A stretch of DNA of 64,000 bases from positions 46,143 to 110,142 of the forward strand of contig JAFRVB010000008.1 of assembly GCA_017441845.1 (NCBI GenBank), read 5' to 3'. Below, one piece after another: positions 18,822-27,972 of the stretch (position 1 is its first letter; the number at the start of each line of letters is the position of its first letter). A program made the translations under genes and the position numbers. The DNA is from Bacilli bacterium (lineage in GTDB: Bacteria; Bacillota_I; Bacilli_A; RF39; UBA660). The notes below the pieces were generated by a model that did not search any database, was not told the origin of the DNA, and saw only the letters and a program-made list of their open reading frames with translations.

Positions 18822-18847
18822 ATAAACACTCCAATTATTCTTATTTT

Positions 18848-18856
18848 ATTATATCA
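18848..18856 (-). promoter_or_regulatory. Extended -10 promoter (TGaTATAAT) upstream of sipW and the giant-gene operon
   Basis: The reverse complement of attatatca is tgatataat, with a weak -35 (TTTGGT/TTGGTT). GGAG RBS before the ATG at 18821. Confidence 0.4.
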
Positions 18857-18994
18857 TATTTAGCATTAAAACCAAAGGATTATTACAAAAAAAATAACAT
18901 AAAATTTTAGCGTAAATTTTATGTAAAATATAAGGTATTTTATTTCTAAAAAATGTCTATTAATGTATAATTATAAGTGTAAAAGGAGGATTAA

Positions 18995-19753
18995 ATGTTT
19001 AATTTAAAAGGAAGAGTTGCTGCTATAACTGGAGCATCTAGTGGTTTAGGCAAACAAATGGCTCATGCCTTTGCTGAACAAGGTGCTGATTTAGTATTAA
19101 TGGCAAGAAGAGTGGAAAGACTTGAAGAATTAAAAGAAGAGTTAGAAAAAAAAGGAGTAAAAGTATTACCAATTAAGTGTGATGTTACTGATCCTGCTAA
19201 CGTAAATGAAGCTGCAAAAACAGCTGAAAAAGAGTTTGGAAAAGTAGATATTTTAGTAAACTGTGCTGGTTCTGCTAAAAATGCTGGAGTACTTGAAATG
19301 ACTGATGAAGATTGGGAATTCACAATCAAAACAGACATGGATTCAGTATTCTATGTAACAAGAGCTTTTGGTAATATTATGAAGAAAAATCATTATGGAA
19401 GAATTATAAATATTGCTTCTATGTATGGTTTAGTTGGTAATATGGCTATGGGAACAATTGCTTATCATACTTCTAAAGGAGGAGTTGTTAACTTCACTAG
19501 AGCTGCAGCCTCAGAATTAGCTAAAGAAGGAATCACAGTTAATGCTATCTGTCCTGGATACTTTGATACAGAATTGACTCATGATACATTAGTAACTGAA
19601 GATTTCACAGCTTACATGAAAGCTACAGTTCCACTGGGAAGATATGGACATGAAGGAGAATTAAATGCTGGAGCTATCTTCTTAGCAAGTGATGAAGCAA
19701 GTTATGTTACTGGATTAATTCTACCAATAGATGGTGGATATACTTGTGTATAA
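18995..19753 (+). CDS. SDR-family oxidoreductase (3-oxoacyl-ACP reductase / gluconate 5-dehydrogenase-like)
   Basis: TGASSGLG cofactor motif, NCAG, catalytic YHTSKGG, PGYFDT. AAGGAGGA RBS at 18982-18989. Confidence 0.85.
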   Translation: MFNLKGRVAAITGASSGLGKQMAHAFAEQGADLVLMARRVERLEELKEELEKKGVKVLPIKCDVTDPANVNEAAKTAEKEFGKVDILVNCAGSAKNAGVLEMTDEDWEFTIKTDMDSVFYVTRAFGNIMKKNHYGRIINIASMYGLVGNMAMGTIAYHTSKGGVVNFTRAAASELAKEGITVNAICPGYFDTELTHDTLVTEDFTAYMKATVPLGRYGHEGELNAGAIFLASDEASYVTGLILPIDGGYTCV

Positions 19754-19778
19754 AAAGCATTGAAAAATGCTTTTTTTA
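19754..19778 (+). terminator. Terminator of the SDR gene
   Basis: aaagcatt-gaaa-aatgcttt followed by T7. Confidence 0.75.
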
Positions 19779-19782
19779 TTTA

Positions 19783-19809
19783 CAAAAAAAACAACTCTTT
19801 CGAGTTGTT
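19783..19809 (-). terminator. Terminator of the 554-aa gene
   Basis: aacaactc-tttc-gagttgtt, with an A-run at 19784-19790 on plus giving T7 on minus. It overlaps the stop codon. Confidence 0.7.
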
Positions 19810-21472
19810 ATATTGTTTCTACTTCTTCCTCTTCTTCTACTTTGATAGGCTCTATAGTATCAGCTTTAACTATAAAGTTCATATCTTCTAAACTTAAATC
19901 AGAAGTTGAAATATTTTGAATAACATTGATATAGCTAATAGTACTCATAGTATCATCTAATTGAGCTTTAGATATATCAGTAGAATTAATATTTAATCCT
20001 AATAATTTATATTTCTCTGAAATAATATCTTCTATTTTAGTTTGACTAAAACAAGGTAATTTTCTTAAGAATTCATTACTTGGATTAAATATAAATCTAA
20101 AGAATAAACCTATTTCTTTATCTAAATCAAATTCATTATCTTCTTCTTTACTACAGATAGTCTTCAATTGTTTAACTAAATAATCAAAAGAAGATGCCGC
20201 AGTCATAAATAAATCATACATAGAAGAAGATTCATTAATAAATTTATCTAAATTAATACTTATATCATAAGCAGTCTTTTTATTATATAATTCACTATAT
20301 TTTTTAACTTCATCATTAATTTTAACTTTATTTGTTTTAATATCAGTAGGATTATATTTAGCTAAGAATCCTACTCCATTAGCTTTAAGATAACTGTTAT
20401 AAATTTTAATTCTATTCTTATTAGAAGTATCTAATTCTTTATCATTAGCTTTAGCTTCAGTAATATCTTTATCTTTTTCAGCATATTTCTTTAATAAATC
20501 AGTAACTATAGGCATATATCTATAGTATTTTTTTAATAAGACTAAAGTAGTATAAAGATCTCTACAAGCATCATTAAACTTAGTCTTATCACTATCAGAT
20601 AATTCATTATAATTACCATTACAATAAGTATTATAGTTTTTCTCTCTAACTTCACTACCCTCTAAGTAATCATCAATGATACGAGTACCATCCATAAATT
20701 TACTTAGATTATAGTATGGATCACAAGCTTTAGCTCTACCTAATTTAGTTCTTTCTTCAATATATTTATTAACTATAGTATTCTCATCACACTCAAAAGA
20801 ATGTAATAATCTAGTAGTATCATTAGTTAAATAAGCATTTATTTCTTTCTTATATTTATCTAAAAGATCTAATAAATTTAATCTTAATTGATAACTAAGA
20901 TTAGGACATTCCCAATAAATAGAATCGAATGCTCTTCTCATACTATTAGAGAAATCTTCATCATTAGTTTTTACTGCTTTAAAGTATTCATCCATATACT
21001 TTTTAGTAAACATAGTATAATTAAAATCTTCTAATGTTAGATTAATACCCATAGCACTAAACTTAGCTATGCATTCTTTTAAACAATCATTTAATACATT
21101 TAAAGATATTCCATCTTCTATTTTTTCAATTATATTAGAAAATCCTAATTTAAAAGCATCATCTAAATATTTATTAGATTTTATTACAGCATCATAAAGA
21201 GATGAAACTTGCTCTTTATCTGTTTCATAATCTTTAGTTTTATCTGCAGGCATCAAAGCTTTTGCTTTGTCTTTCATAATACTTAAAACACTATTTCTAT
21301 ATTGAGTAAAGACTTTTATTTGTTTAATACAATAGTCATTTCTATCATTTACTGCTTTCTGATGATACTGTTCCATTACTTTTTTAGTACCAGATTCAGC
21401 TTCCATAGGAAATTCAGTAATATGAGTTTTATCTATTTCTATTAACTTACTGATTTTGTCCATCTTGCTCAC
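19808..21472 (-). CDS. Hypothetical cytoplasmic helical protein (554 aa), acidic C-terminus
   Basis: Long ORF with no signal peptide or TM segment and no motif I recognise. The track start is GTG at 21472; an alternative ATG lies at 21463. Confidence 0.5.
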   Translation of the reverse strand: MSKMDKISKLIEIDKTHITEFPMEAESGTKKVMEQYHQKAVNDRNDYCIKQIKVFTQYRNSVLSIMKDKAKALMPADKTKDYETDKEQVSSLYDAVIKSNKYLDDAFKLGFSNIIEKIEDGISLNVLNDCLKECIAKFSAMGINLTLEDFNYTMFTKKYMDEYFKAVKTNDEDFSNSMRRAFDSIYWECPNLSYQLRLNLLDLLDKYKKEINAYLTNDTTRLLHSFECDENTIVNKYIEERTKLGRAKACDPYYNLSKFMDGTRIIDDYLEGSEVREKNYNTYCNGNYNELSDSDKTKFNDACRDLYTTLVLLKKYYRYMPIVTDLLKKYAEKDKDITEAKANDKELDTSNKNRIKIYNSYLKANGVGFLAKYNPTDIKTNKVKINDEVKKYSELYNKKTAYDISINLDKFINESSSMYDLFMTAASSFDYLVKQLKTICSKEEDNEFDLDKEIGLFFRFIFNPSNEFLRKLPCFSQTKIEDIISEKYKLLGLNINSTDISKAQLDDTMSTISYINVIQNISTSDLSLEDMNFIVKADTIEPIKVEEEEEVETI

Positions 21473-21593
21473 CGTCTTCTTCTTTAATAATGGATTCGTT
21501 TAAGTATTTGATATGTTCTTCTATTAGAGCATAAACCTCTAATATTTCTTTAGCAGATAAATTTTTAATTTGTTCCAAAACCTCTTTATCCAT
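21447..21593 (-). CDS. Small acidic helical protein (48 aa), translationally coupled to the 554-aa ORF
   Basis: ATG at 21591-21593 is preceded by AGGAGA (taggagattattATG). Product is MDKEVLEQIKNLSAKEILEVYALIEEHIKYLNESIIKEEDGEQDGQNQ. Its stop overlaps the start of the next ORF. It is below the ORF-track size cutoff. Confidence 0.45.
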   Translation of the reverse strand: MDKEVLEQIKNLSAKEILEVYALIEEHIKYLNESIIKEEDGEQDGQNQ

Positions 21594-21603
21594 AATAATC
21601 TCC

Positions 21604-21632
21604 TAAAAATTAAAGGGTCTTGTAAGACCCTT
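21604..21632 (-). terminator. Terminator after the 368-aa gene
   Basis: GC-rich stem aagggtct-tgta-agaccctt, followed on minus by TAATTTTT. Confidence 0.75.
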
Positions 21633-21636
21633 ATTA

Positions 21637-22743
21637 TTAAACTTCATCAAGTAAACTGAATTGCATATCATAAGATAATGATTGTCCAGATGCATTGTTT
21701 TCACAGTCTACATCTTGACCTTCAATCCATAAATAGAATCTTACTTTAGTTATACCAGCTGATAATTTAAACCAAGTTTGTCCATTACCAACACCAGTTT
21801 CTTGTGTTGAGAATAATCCAGTAACTGATCCAAAGTAAGAAGAATTTGTACTATTTAAAGGTACACCTGTTGAAATTGCAGCTTTAATTCCATTATAAGC
21901 TAACACAGTTGGTGAGTTTGAAGTTACAGTAGTTGATGTATATATAGCGGCATGAGAAATTCCTGACGCACTGTGAGTATTACTATTTGGTTCCCAAACA
22001 ATAACATTTCCAGTAGTGTTTCCTTTACCACTTGATGTAGTACCACTTGCAGATTGTGCTTGAACTGTAGATAATGCAGTTCCGATTGGACTATTACCTT
22101 CTCTTAACCAAGCAACACGTGCAGAGTTTTGTAATCCTTTATCTGTTTCTTCTGAAGTAGTTGTAGTATTATCTCCATCACTCCATACAGTAACAGCAGA
22201 GTTTCTAGTTAAATATACTTGAGACTCTTGAGTAACTTGGAAGAACAAGTCAAAAGCAACTAAACTTCCTTCTTGACCTTTAGCCTCTGTCATAGCAGTA
22301 GCAGTTAATAATTCAGTACCTGTAGCATCTGAATCAACACTACCAATGAAATATTTTAACTTACCAGATACAGCAGTATCAGCAGTAGTTGAAACTGGAA
22401 CTATAGAAGCACTTGGAGTTGATCCATCACCTCTAAATGGAAGCATATTAGTATTTCCAGGATATAAAGTACTTGATCCTAAAGTTGCTAATAAGTCTTC
22501 ATTAGTAATTACAGTTTTCCAACTAGTACCATCAGTAGATATTTGTAAACCGTTTTGAGCAGCTACGTTAACATCTATAGTTTGTACTGTAACTGTTTGG
22601 TTTGCAGTAAACCATGCATATGTACTTGCAGTCAATATAATTCCTACAAATAATATCATTAAAATTGATAAAAATATTTTTCTCTTTCTTTTCTTTTCAT
22701 ATGTTTGAGTATCCATAATTTCCTCCCATTTCTCACTCGACAT
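21637..22743 (-). CDS. Secreted Thr/Ser/Gly/Ala-rich protein with a SipW-type leader (candidate major fibre subunit)
   Basis: The N-terminal TM segment is followed by ASTYAWFTANQTVTVQTIDVNV (TxAxFT signature of TasA-class leaders). The C-terminus FYLWIEGQDVDCENN is paralogous to the upstream 232-aa protein. Codon use is visibly shifted to GGT/ACT/GCT/TCT. Confidence 0.55.
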   Translation of the reverse strand: MSSEKWEEIMDTQTYEKKRKRKIFLSILMILFVGIILTASTYAWFTANQTVTVQTIDVNVAAQNGLQISTDGTSWKTVITNEDLLATLGSSTLYPGNTNMLPFRGDGSTPSASIVPVSTTADTAVSGKLKYFIGSVDSDATGTELLTATAMTEAKGQEGSLVAFDLFFQVTQESQVYLTRNSAVTVWSDGDNTTTTSEETDKGLQNSARVAWLREGNSPIGTALSTVQAQSASGTTSSGKGNTTGNVIVWEPNSNTHSASGISHAAIYTSTTVTSNSPTVLAYNGIKAAISTGVPLNSTNSSYFGSVTGLFSTQETGVGNGQTWFKLSAGITKVRFYLWIEGQDVDCENNASGQSLSYDMQFSLLDEV

Positions 22744-23431
22744 GTTCTTCAGTTAAGTCCATGTGCATTTTTATTTCTCCACCTAATAAATCGTTTTTAC
22801 ACTCAGGGTCATCACCCTCTAGCCAAATTACGATAGTGAATTTATCTTTTTGTTTAGGTTTAAAATTTTTAACCTGTTTTAGCACAGCAACAGAGTCTGA
22901 TTTAAAAGCTGTAGTATTAGGTTCAGGCTGTTTCGTAACTCGATTACGTTTGGCATATACTGTTCTATCACCATTATGATAGATCATTACTCTTATAGCA
23001 TCATCAACCCTTTTAATTGAATCATCTATATCTAATTCATACCAATAATGAACTTTTTCTTTACCAGCATTAATTAAATAAAAACTATAAGCAATATAAT
23101 TATCTCCATTATGACTACCAGTACCATTATTTAAATTACCCGGTAACCAATGAATAGAAATATTATCCATGTAATCAATCGTGTCAGCAGATAACTTAAC
23201 CGTTTTATTTTTCAGTTTGCCATCTTCTGATAAATAAATATTTTTACGGTTAGATAAGTTTTTATCTAAACTAACAGTAAACCTTCCACCATCATAGACA
23301 ATATATAAAAATAAATAAATAACTGAAACTAAAATGATTAATAACAATAACATGATTTTGATGATTCTAATGAATAATTTTCTTTTATAAACACTTTTAG
23401 CATCAACTTCTACATTTCCCATTTCAATCAC
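22733..23431 (-). CDS. N-terminally anchored protein paralogous to the 368-aa protein (W-L-E-G-D-D-P-E-C motif)
   Basis: TM segment LLLLIILVSVIYLFLYIV. The C-terminus FTIVIWLEGDDPECKNDLLGGEIKMHMDL aligns with VRFYLWIEGQDVDCENNASGQSLSYDMQF. The start is GTG 23431 or ATG 23422. Confidence 0.5.
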   Translation of the reverse strand: MIEMGNVEVDAKSVYKRKLFIRIIKIMLLLLIILVSVIYLFLYIVYDGGRFTVSLDKNLSNRKNIYLSEDGKLKNKTVKLSADTIDYMDNISIHWLPGNLNNGTGSHNGDNYIAYSFYLINAGKEKVHYWYELDIDDSIKRVDDAIRVMIYHNGDRTVYAKRNRVTKQPEPNTTAFKSDSVAVLKQVKNFKPKQKDKFTIVIWLEGDDPECKNDLLGGEIKMHMDLTEEHVE

Positions 23432-23499
23432 CCACTATTATTAATATATAAATCTACATAGCTAAAATCAAAGCCACCTTCCCTACTATGTCTACTATC

Positions 23500-23528
23500 A
23501 TTATAGACCAAAAAAACACGCCTGACAA
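23500..23528 (-). promoter_or_regulatory. Near-consensus sigma-A promoter of the 232/368-aa operon
   Basis: On minus: TTGTCA (23523-23528), a 17-nt spacer, then TATAAT (23500-23505). The 5' UTR is about 75 nt. Confidence 0.6.
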
Positions 23529-23583
23529 TATTTTTTTACACTTTTTTGTCTAATATGTAAACATTTTTTAAACAAATTTACTA

Positions 23584-23612
23584 TTGACAATAACCAAAAA
23601 ATAGAGTACATT
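23584..23612 (+). promoter_or_regulatory. Candidate plus-strand promoter inside the 1-kb intergenic region
   Basis: TTGACA (23584-23589), 17 nt, then TACATT (23607-23612). There is no plus-strand ORF downstream. Confidence 0.3.
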
Positions 23613-24004
23613 ATAATTGTATTTTGATCTATTAGATATCGCAATACATAATATATGATTTTCAATTATTAATTTATAATTTCAATTTACTTGATTTTAT
23701 TTATTAATAGAAATGAAATATATGACCTGTATTGAAAGATGGGGATTGTGAAATAACAATCTTAAATAATAACTTATCGTAGTCAAAATACTGTAACCGT
23801 GCAAGAGAAAGAAAACTCAATAAAGATAGGATTAATTTACTAACCTCATACTGATAATGTGAACTATGTAAATTAATATTACAAACTCGGTTTTATAATG
23901 TTTTGCTAAATTTAAATTTTTATTTGATTATATTAATAGCAATATTAATATTTGAAAATTTTAATTTTATTTTAGTATAGTTATAAAATTTGTTTTACTG
24001 TTTG

Positions 24005-24062
24005 GAAATGAAACTTTTATTTTAGTAGCGATATTAATTTAATTGTTTCATTTCTTTTTTTT
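24005..24062 (+). terminator. Plus-strand hairpin + T8 with no upstream plus-strand gene
   Basis: gaaatgaaac (24005-24014) / gtttcatttc (24045-24054), followed by T8. The AT-rich loop is 30 nt. Confidence 0.4.
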
Positions 24063-24075
24063 GTAAAAAAGACAT

Positions 24076-24350
24076 AAAAAAAGCAGTTATTATGACCTAA
24101 CTGCCTCCAAAAAGATTACTTCTCTTTTGTCAACTAAAGTAATACTGATAATATAACTTTAGCCCGGTTAGAATGGGAGCTGAATATTCTTAGTCATATT
24201 TAACCCAGCCACTCATCGTATCAACATTTTCCTTTGCAATGTAACTCCTAGTACATGAACAAGATAAGTCTGAAAACAATAAATAATTAAAAGTACAAAT
24301 ATAACTAAATAAATAATAATAACATCATTATAATTTAATTATAATTGTAT
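24076..24350 (-). ncRNA. Candidate ~275-nt minus-strand small RNA (unknown family)
   Basis: Extended -10 TGtTATAAT on minus (plus attataaca at 24358-24366). Terminator gcagtta-N8-taactgc + T7 at 24076-24104. Only micro-ORFs of 8 codons or fewer. A GC-richer core (24160-24225) has nested stems ggtta/taacc and agaat/attct. No Rfam family recognised by eye. Confidence 0.25.
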
Positions 24351-24434
24351 GAATTCAATTATAACATGTAATCATAATTTTAATTCATATACTAACAACT
24401 ACATTAAAGCATATTTTTTTATTTTAGTCAACAT

Positions 24435-24456
24435 CAAAAAAGAGTATATTTACTCC
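24435..24456 (-). terminator. Weak terminator overlapping the stop of the 250-aa gene
   Basis: On minus: GGAGTA-AATA-TACTCT (one G.U pair) followed by T6. Confidence 0.4.
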
Positions 24457-25202
24457 TTTTCACTGCTTACAAATTTTAGATCTTTATCAAATTTCCACAA
24501 TATCTTATATGTTTCAGAAACTTCATCACTCTCATCACCATTAAGAATATCTACTTGTCTATGAACATAATAATAATTATCATCTAAATCATAATTTGTC
24601 TTTTTAACTTCTGGATATAATGGTGAAGTTCCTCCACATCTAGAGAATAAATATATTCTGTTTTTTTGTTTATCCATTCCCCAAGGTGTAGGACATCCAA
24701 AATCTAAATCTTTTACTTCATAAGATGCATCTTCATCAAATAATTCTTTATATGTTGTATTAAAATCAGACATCTTCATTATCTTTACAGGTTCATTATT
24801 CATATCACTTTTATCAATATTAGCACTCATATCCGCAATATCATCTTTTGTCAAAATATACTCTTTTTGATCATATATATTCTTCTCTTCAATTACAGCA
24901 TTATAAGTCATTATTAATTTAGTTTTAGTATCTAAAGAATCTATTCCTTTAGCGAACATTTCTAAAGTAGAAGTAGATGTATCAACACTATTATATCTAG
25001 ATGCTACATTTACCCATCTTTCTAATTTAGTTTTAACTTCAGAACTAACCTTCTCTTTTAAAACATTATTCTCAGTAGTCTTAGTATTCAAAGAAGTCCA
25101 TTCAAATACTCCATATCCTACCACAACTACAATAATTAATAATACTACTATCACTAACCAAGATTTACTATTTTTCTCTTCCATCACAAATTCTCCTATC
25201 AT
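24450..25202 (-). CDS. N-terminally anchored hypothetical extracytoplasmic protein (250 aa)
   Basis: Single TM segment WLVIVVLLIIVVVVGYGVF. No recognised motifs. Confidence 0.5.
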   Translation of the reverse strand: MIGEFVMEEKNSKSWLVIVVLLIIVVVVGYGVFEWTSLNTKTTENNVLKEKVSSEVKTKLERWVNVASRYNSVDTSTSTLEMFAKGIDSLDTKTKLIMTYNAVIEEKNIYDQKEYILTKDDIADMSANIDKSDMNNEPVKIMKMSDFNTTYKELFDEDASYEVKDLDFGCPTPWGMDKQKNRIYLFSRCGGTSPLYPEVKKTNYDLDDNYYYVHRQVDILNGDESDEVSETYKILWKFDKDLKFVSSEKE

Positions 25203-25221
25203 CTATAATATATCATAAATA

Positions 25222-25248
25222 ATAAAAAAGAGTAATAAAATTACTCTT
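25222..25248 (-). terminator. Terminator of nrdDG
   Basis: aagagtaat-aaa-attactctt, with an A-run at 25223-25229 on plus. It overlaps the nrdG stop. Confidence 0.65.
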
Positions 25249-25732
25249 TATAATTAACTATCTTTTTACTTTTTAATGATTTTTGTACATCGATTACTCT
25301 TTGATTAGAAGAACCTCTCCAATCAAGTGTGGGATCATGTAATTCATCAATGTACTGTCCATCTACTAAGATATCTATATACTTCATAATTTCTTTATCT
25401 TTTAAATCTTCAAATAAGAATCCACTCCAAGACCAAATAGTTTTAAGAGGATATTTTTCTTTAAATAATTTAGCTAATTTAGTAGATCCTTCAATATTAG
25501 TAGGATGCATTGGTTCTCCTCCTAATAAAGATAAACCTGTAATATGAGAATTATTACATAAATCTAGGATATGATTAATAGTCTCATCATTAAACTCTTC
25601 TCCAGTATCAAAACTCCAAGTTTCTGGATTAAAACAGTTTTTACAATGAAAACTACATCCTTGAAAGAAAACACTAACTCTAATACCAGGTCCATTAGAA
25701 ATATCCATTTTTCTTATCTTATTGTATCTCAT
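25241..25732 (-). CDS. nrdG: Anaerobic ribonucleoside-triphosphate reductase activating protein (radical SAM)
   Basis: GPGIRVSVFFQGCSFHCKNCFNPETW (CxxxCxxC). It overlaps the nrdD stop by 4 nt. Confidence 0.9.
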   Translation of the reverse strand: MRYNKIRKMDISNGPGIRVSVFFQGCSFHCKNCFNPETWSFDTGEEFNDETINHILDLCNNSHITGLSLLGGEPMHPTNIEGSTKLAKLFKEKYPLKTIWSWSGFLFEDLKDKEIMKYIDILVDGQYIDELHDPTLDWRGSSNQRVIDVQKSLKSKKIVNYKE

Positions 25733-27921
25733 TTGTCATCCTTATTATCGATATGAAGTACTCTCTCTTTTATCTCTTGAGTTCTACCTTTATTCCAGAA
25801 ATTAGCTCCAATATAACCGCAGGTTCTACGAGCAACATTTAGTTTAGAATGATCTCTATTACCACAATTAGGACAATACCATTCTAGATCATCATCTATT
25901 AATATTTCTCCAGTATAACCACATTCTTGACAATAATCACTCTTAGTATTTAATTCAGCATACATGATATTATCATAAATAAATTTAATAGTTTCTAAAA
26001 CTACTGGAATATTATTTTCTAGATTAGGTGTTTCAATATAGGAGATTGCTCCACCTGGAGATAATTTTTGAAATTCACTTTCTAATTCTAACTTAGTAAA
26101 AGCATCAATCTCTTCAAATACAGGTACATGATAAGAATTAGTAATATAATCTCTGTCAGTAATTCCTTTAATTTTACCAAATCTATCTCTTAAACATTGA
26201 GCAAACTTATAAGTAGTAGATTCAATAGGAGTACCATAAACAGAATAATCAATATCTTCCTCTTCTTTCCACTTCTTACAAGCATCATTCATATGTTGCA
26301 TTACCTGTAGTCCAAATTCTTTACCTACTCCATTATCAGTATGAGAGTGGCCTGTCATATATTTAACACATTCATAAAGACCAGCATAACCTAAAGATAT
26401 AGTTGAATATCCATGATGAAGTAACTCATGAATAGATTCACCTTTTTCTAATCTAGCTAAAGCTCCATGTTGCCACAAGATAGGTGCACAATCACTAGTA
26501 ACTTTAGATAAACGTTTATGTCTAATTTGAAGTGCTCTATGACAAAGTTCTAATCTATCATCAAATGTCTTCCAGAATAAATCCATATCTTTACTAGAAG
26601 TTAAAGCTATATCAGGTAAGTTGATAGTAACTACTCCTTGATTAAATCTACCATAATATTTTCCTTTACCTGGAACATAATTTTTAGCTTTCGCAATATT
26701 ACCTAAACTTATACTTCTATCTGGTGTTAAGAATGATCTACAACCCATACATGGATAGCATTCTCCTTCACCAAATTCATTTTTCTTTAACTTTAACATC
26801 ATCTTTTCAGAAATATAGTCAGGCACCATTCTTTTAGCTGTACATTTCGCAGCTAACTTTGTTAAATAATAATATTTACTATCAGGATGAATATTATCTT
26901 CTTCTAAAACATATAATAGTTTAGGAAAAGCAGGAGTTATATAAACACCTTTTTCATTCTTCATACCTAATATTCTTTGATTAAGTACTTCTTCAATAAT
27001 CATAGCTAATTCATCTTTATACTCTTCAGTTTCTCCTAAATACATATTAACTGATAAGAAAGGAGCCTGACCATTAGTATTAGTCATTGAATTAACTTGA
27101 TATTGGAATGTTTGTACTCCATCTTCTATTTCTTTACGAAGATCTTCTTCTACAAACTTATCTATTTGTTCTTTAGTTAATTTTCTGTTTTTATATTTCT
27201 TTTCATATCTTTTTTTACTATCTCTTACAAAAGGAGCTAAATGAGTTAGAGAAATAGTTGCCCCTCCATATTGAGAAGAAGTAACTGCTAAAATGATTTG
27301 TGTCGCAATAGTCATAGCAGTTAAAAATTTATGAGGCTTTTCTATCATTACTCCATTCATATTAGTACCATTTTGAAGCATATCTTCTAAATTAATTAAA
27401 TCACAGTTATGAAGTGAGTTTTGAGCAAAATAATCAGCATCATGGAAATGAATTATACCATCATCATGAGCTTGTACTATATCTTCTGGTAATAAAAACC
27501 TTCTAGTAATATCAGTACTAGTAATACCAGCTAAATAATCTCTTTGAGTAGTAACTACTCTAGCATTCTTATTAGAATTTTCTGTATTCCAATATTCATT
27601 TTCTCCGTCTATCAATTCTTTTATTGATCTATCAGTAGTATTACTACGTCTAACAAGTTCCCTAGTATAACGATAAGTAATATACTCTTTAGCTAAAGCA
27701 TATTTACCTAAAGCCATAAGCCTCTCTTCAATAACATCTTGAATGTCTTCGACTAACATTCTTTTCTTTTTTAATCCTTCAATATATTTAATAATATTTT
27801 TTATTTGAACATCGGATACTCTATCTTCTTCAGCTACTTCGGCATTAGCTTTCTGAAGAGCACCCTCAATCTTGTCTGGACAATAATCAACTATATGTCC
27901 ATCCCTTTTTACTACTTTCAT
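25729..27921 (-). CDS. nrdD: Anaerobic ribonucleoside-triphosphate reductase (class III)
   Basis: N-terminal ATP-cone, CxxC...CPNC zinc ribbon and the glycyl-radical motif RRTCGYIG near the C-terminus. Confidence 0.95.
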   Translation of the reverse strand: MKVVKRDGHIVDYCPDKIEGALQKANAEVAEEDRVSDVQIKNIIKYIEGLKKKRMLVEDIQDVIEERLMALGKYALAKEYITYRYTRELVRRSNTTDRSIKELIDGENEYWNTENSNKNARVVTTQRDYLAGITSTDITRRFLLPEDIVQAHDDGIIHFHDADYFAQNSLHNCDLINLEDMLQNGTNMNGVMIEKPHKFLTAMTIATQIILAVTSSQYGGATISLTHLAPFVRDSKKRYEKKYKNRKLTKEQIDKFVEEDLRKEIEDGVQTFQYQVNSMTNTNGQAPFLSVNMYLGETEEYKDELAMIIEEVLNQRILGMKNEKGVYITPAFPKLLYVLEEDNIHPDSKYYYLTKLAAKCTAKRMVPDYISEKMMLKLKKNEFGEGECYPCMGCRSFLTPDRSISLGNIAKAKNYVPGKGKYYGRFNQGVVTINLPDIALTSSKDMDLFWKTFDDRLELCHRALQIRHKRLSKVTSDCAPILWQHGALARLEKGESIHELLHHGYSTISLGYAGLYECVKYMTGHSHTDNGVGKEFGLQVMQHMNDACKKWKEEEDIDYSVYGTPIESTTYKFAQCLRDRFGKIKGITDRDYITNSYHVPVFEEIDAFTKLELESEFQKLSPGGAISYIETPNLENNIPVVLETIKFIYDNIMYAELNTKSDYCQECGYTGEILIDDDLEWYCPNCGNRDHSKLNVARRTCGYIGANFWNKGRTQEIKERVLHIDNKDDK

Positions 27922-27972
27922 TACCTATTCTCCTCCTCACAATTAAATTTTATCACTCTAAAGAAAAAACAT

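Noticed and set aside
23713-23751. Micro-ORF MKYMTCIERWGL in the large intergenic region as a possible peptide gene
   Set aside because: No Shine-Dalgarno sequence lies upstream, and several equally short ORFs occur by chance in this AT-rich stretch.
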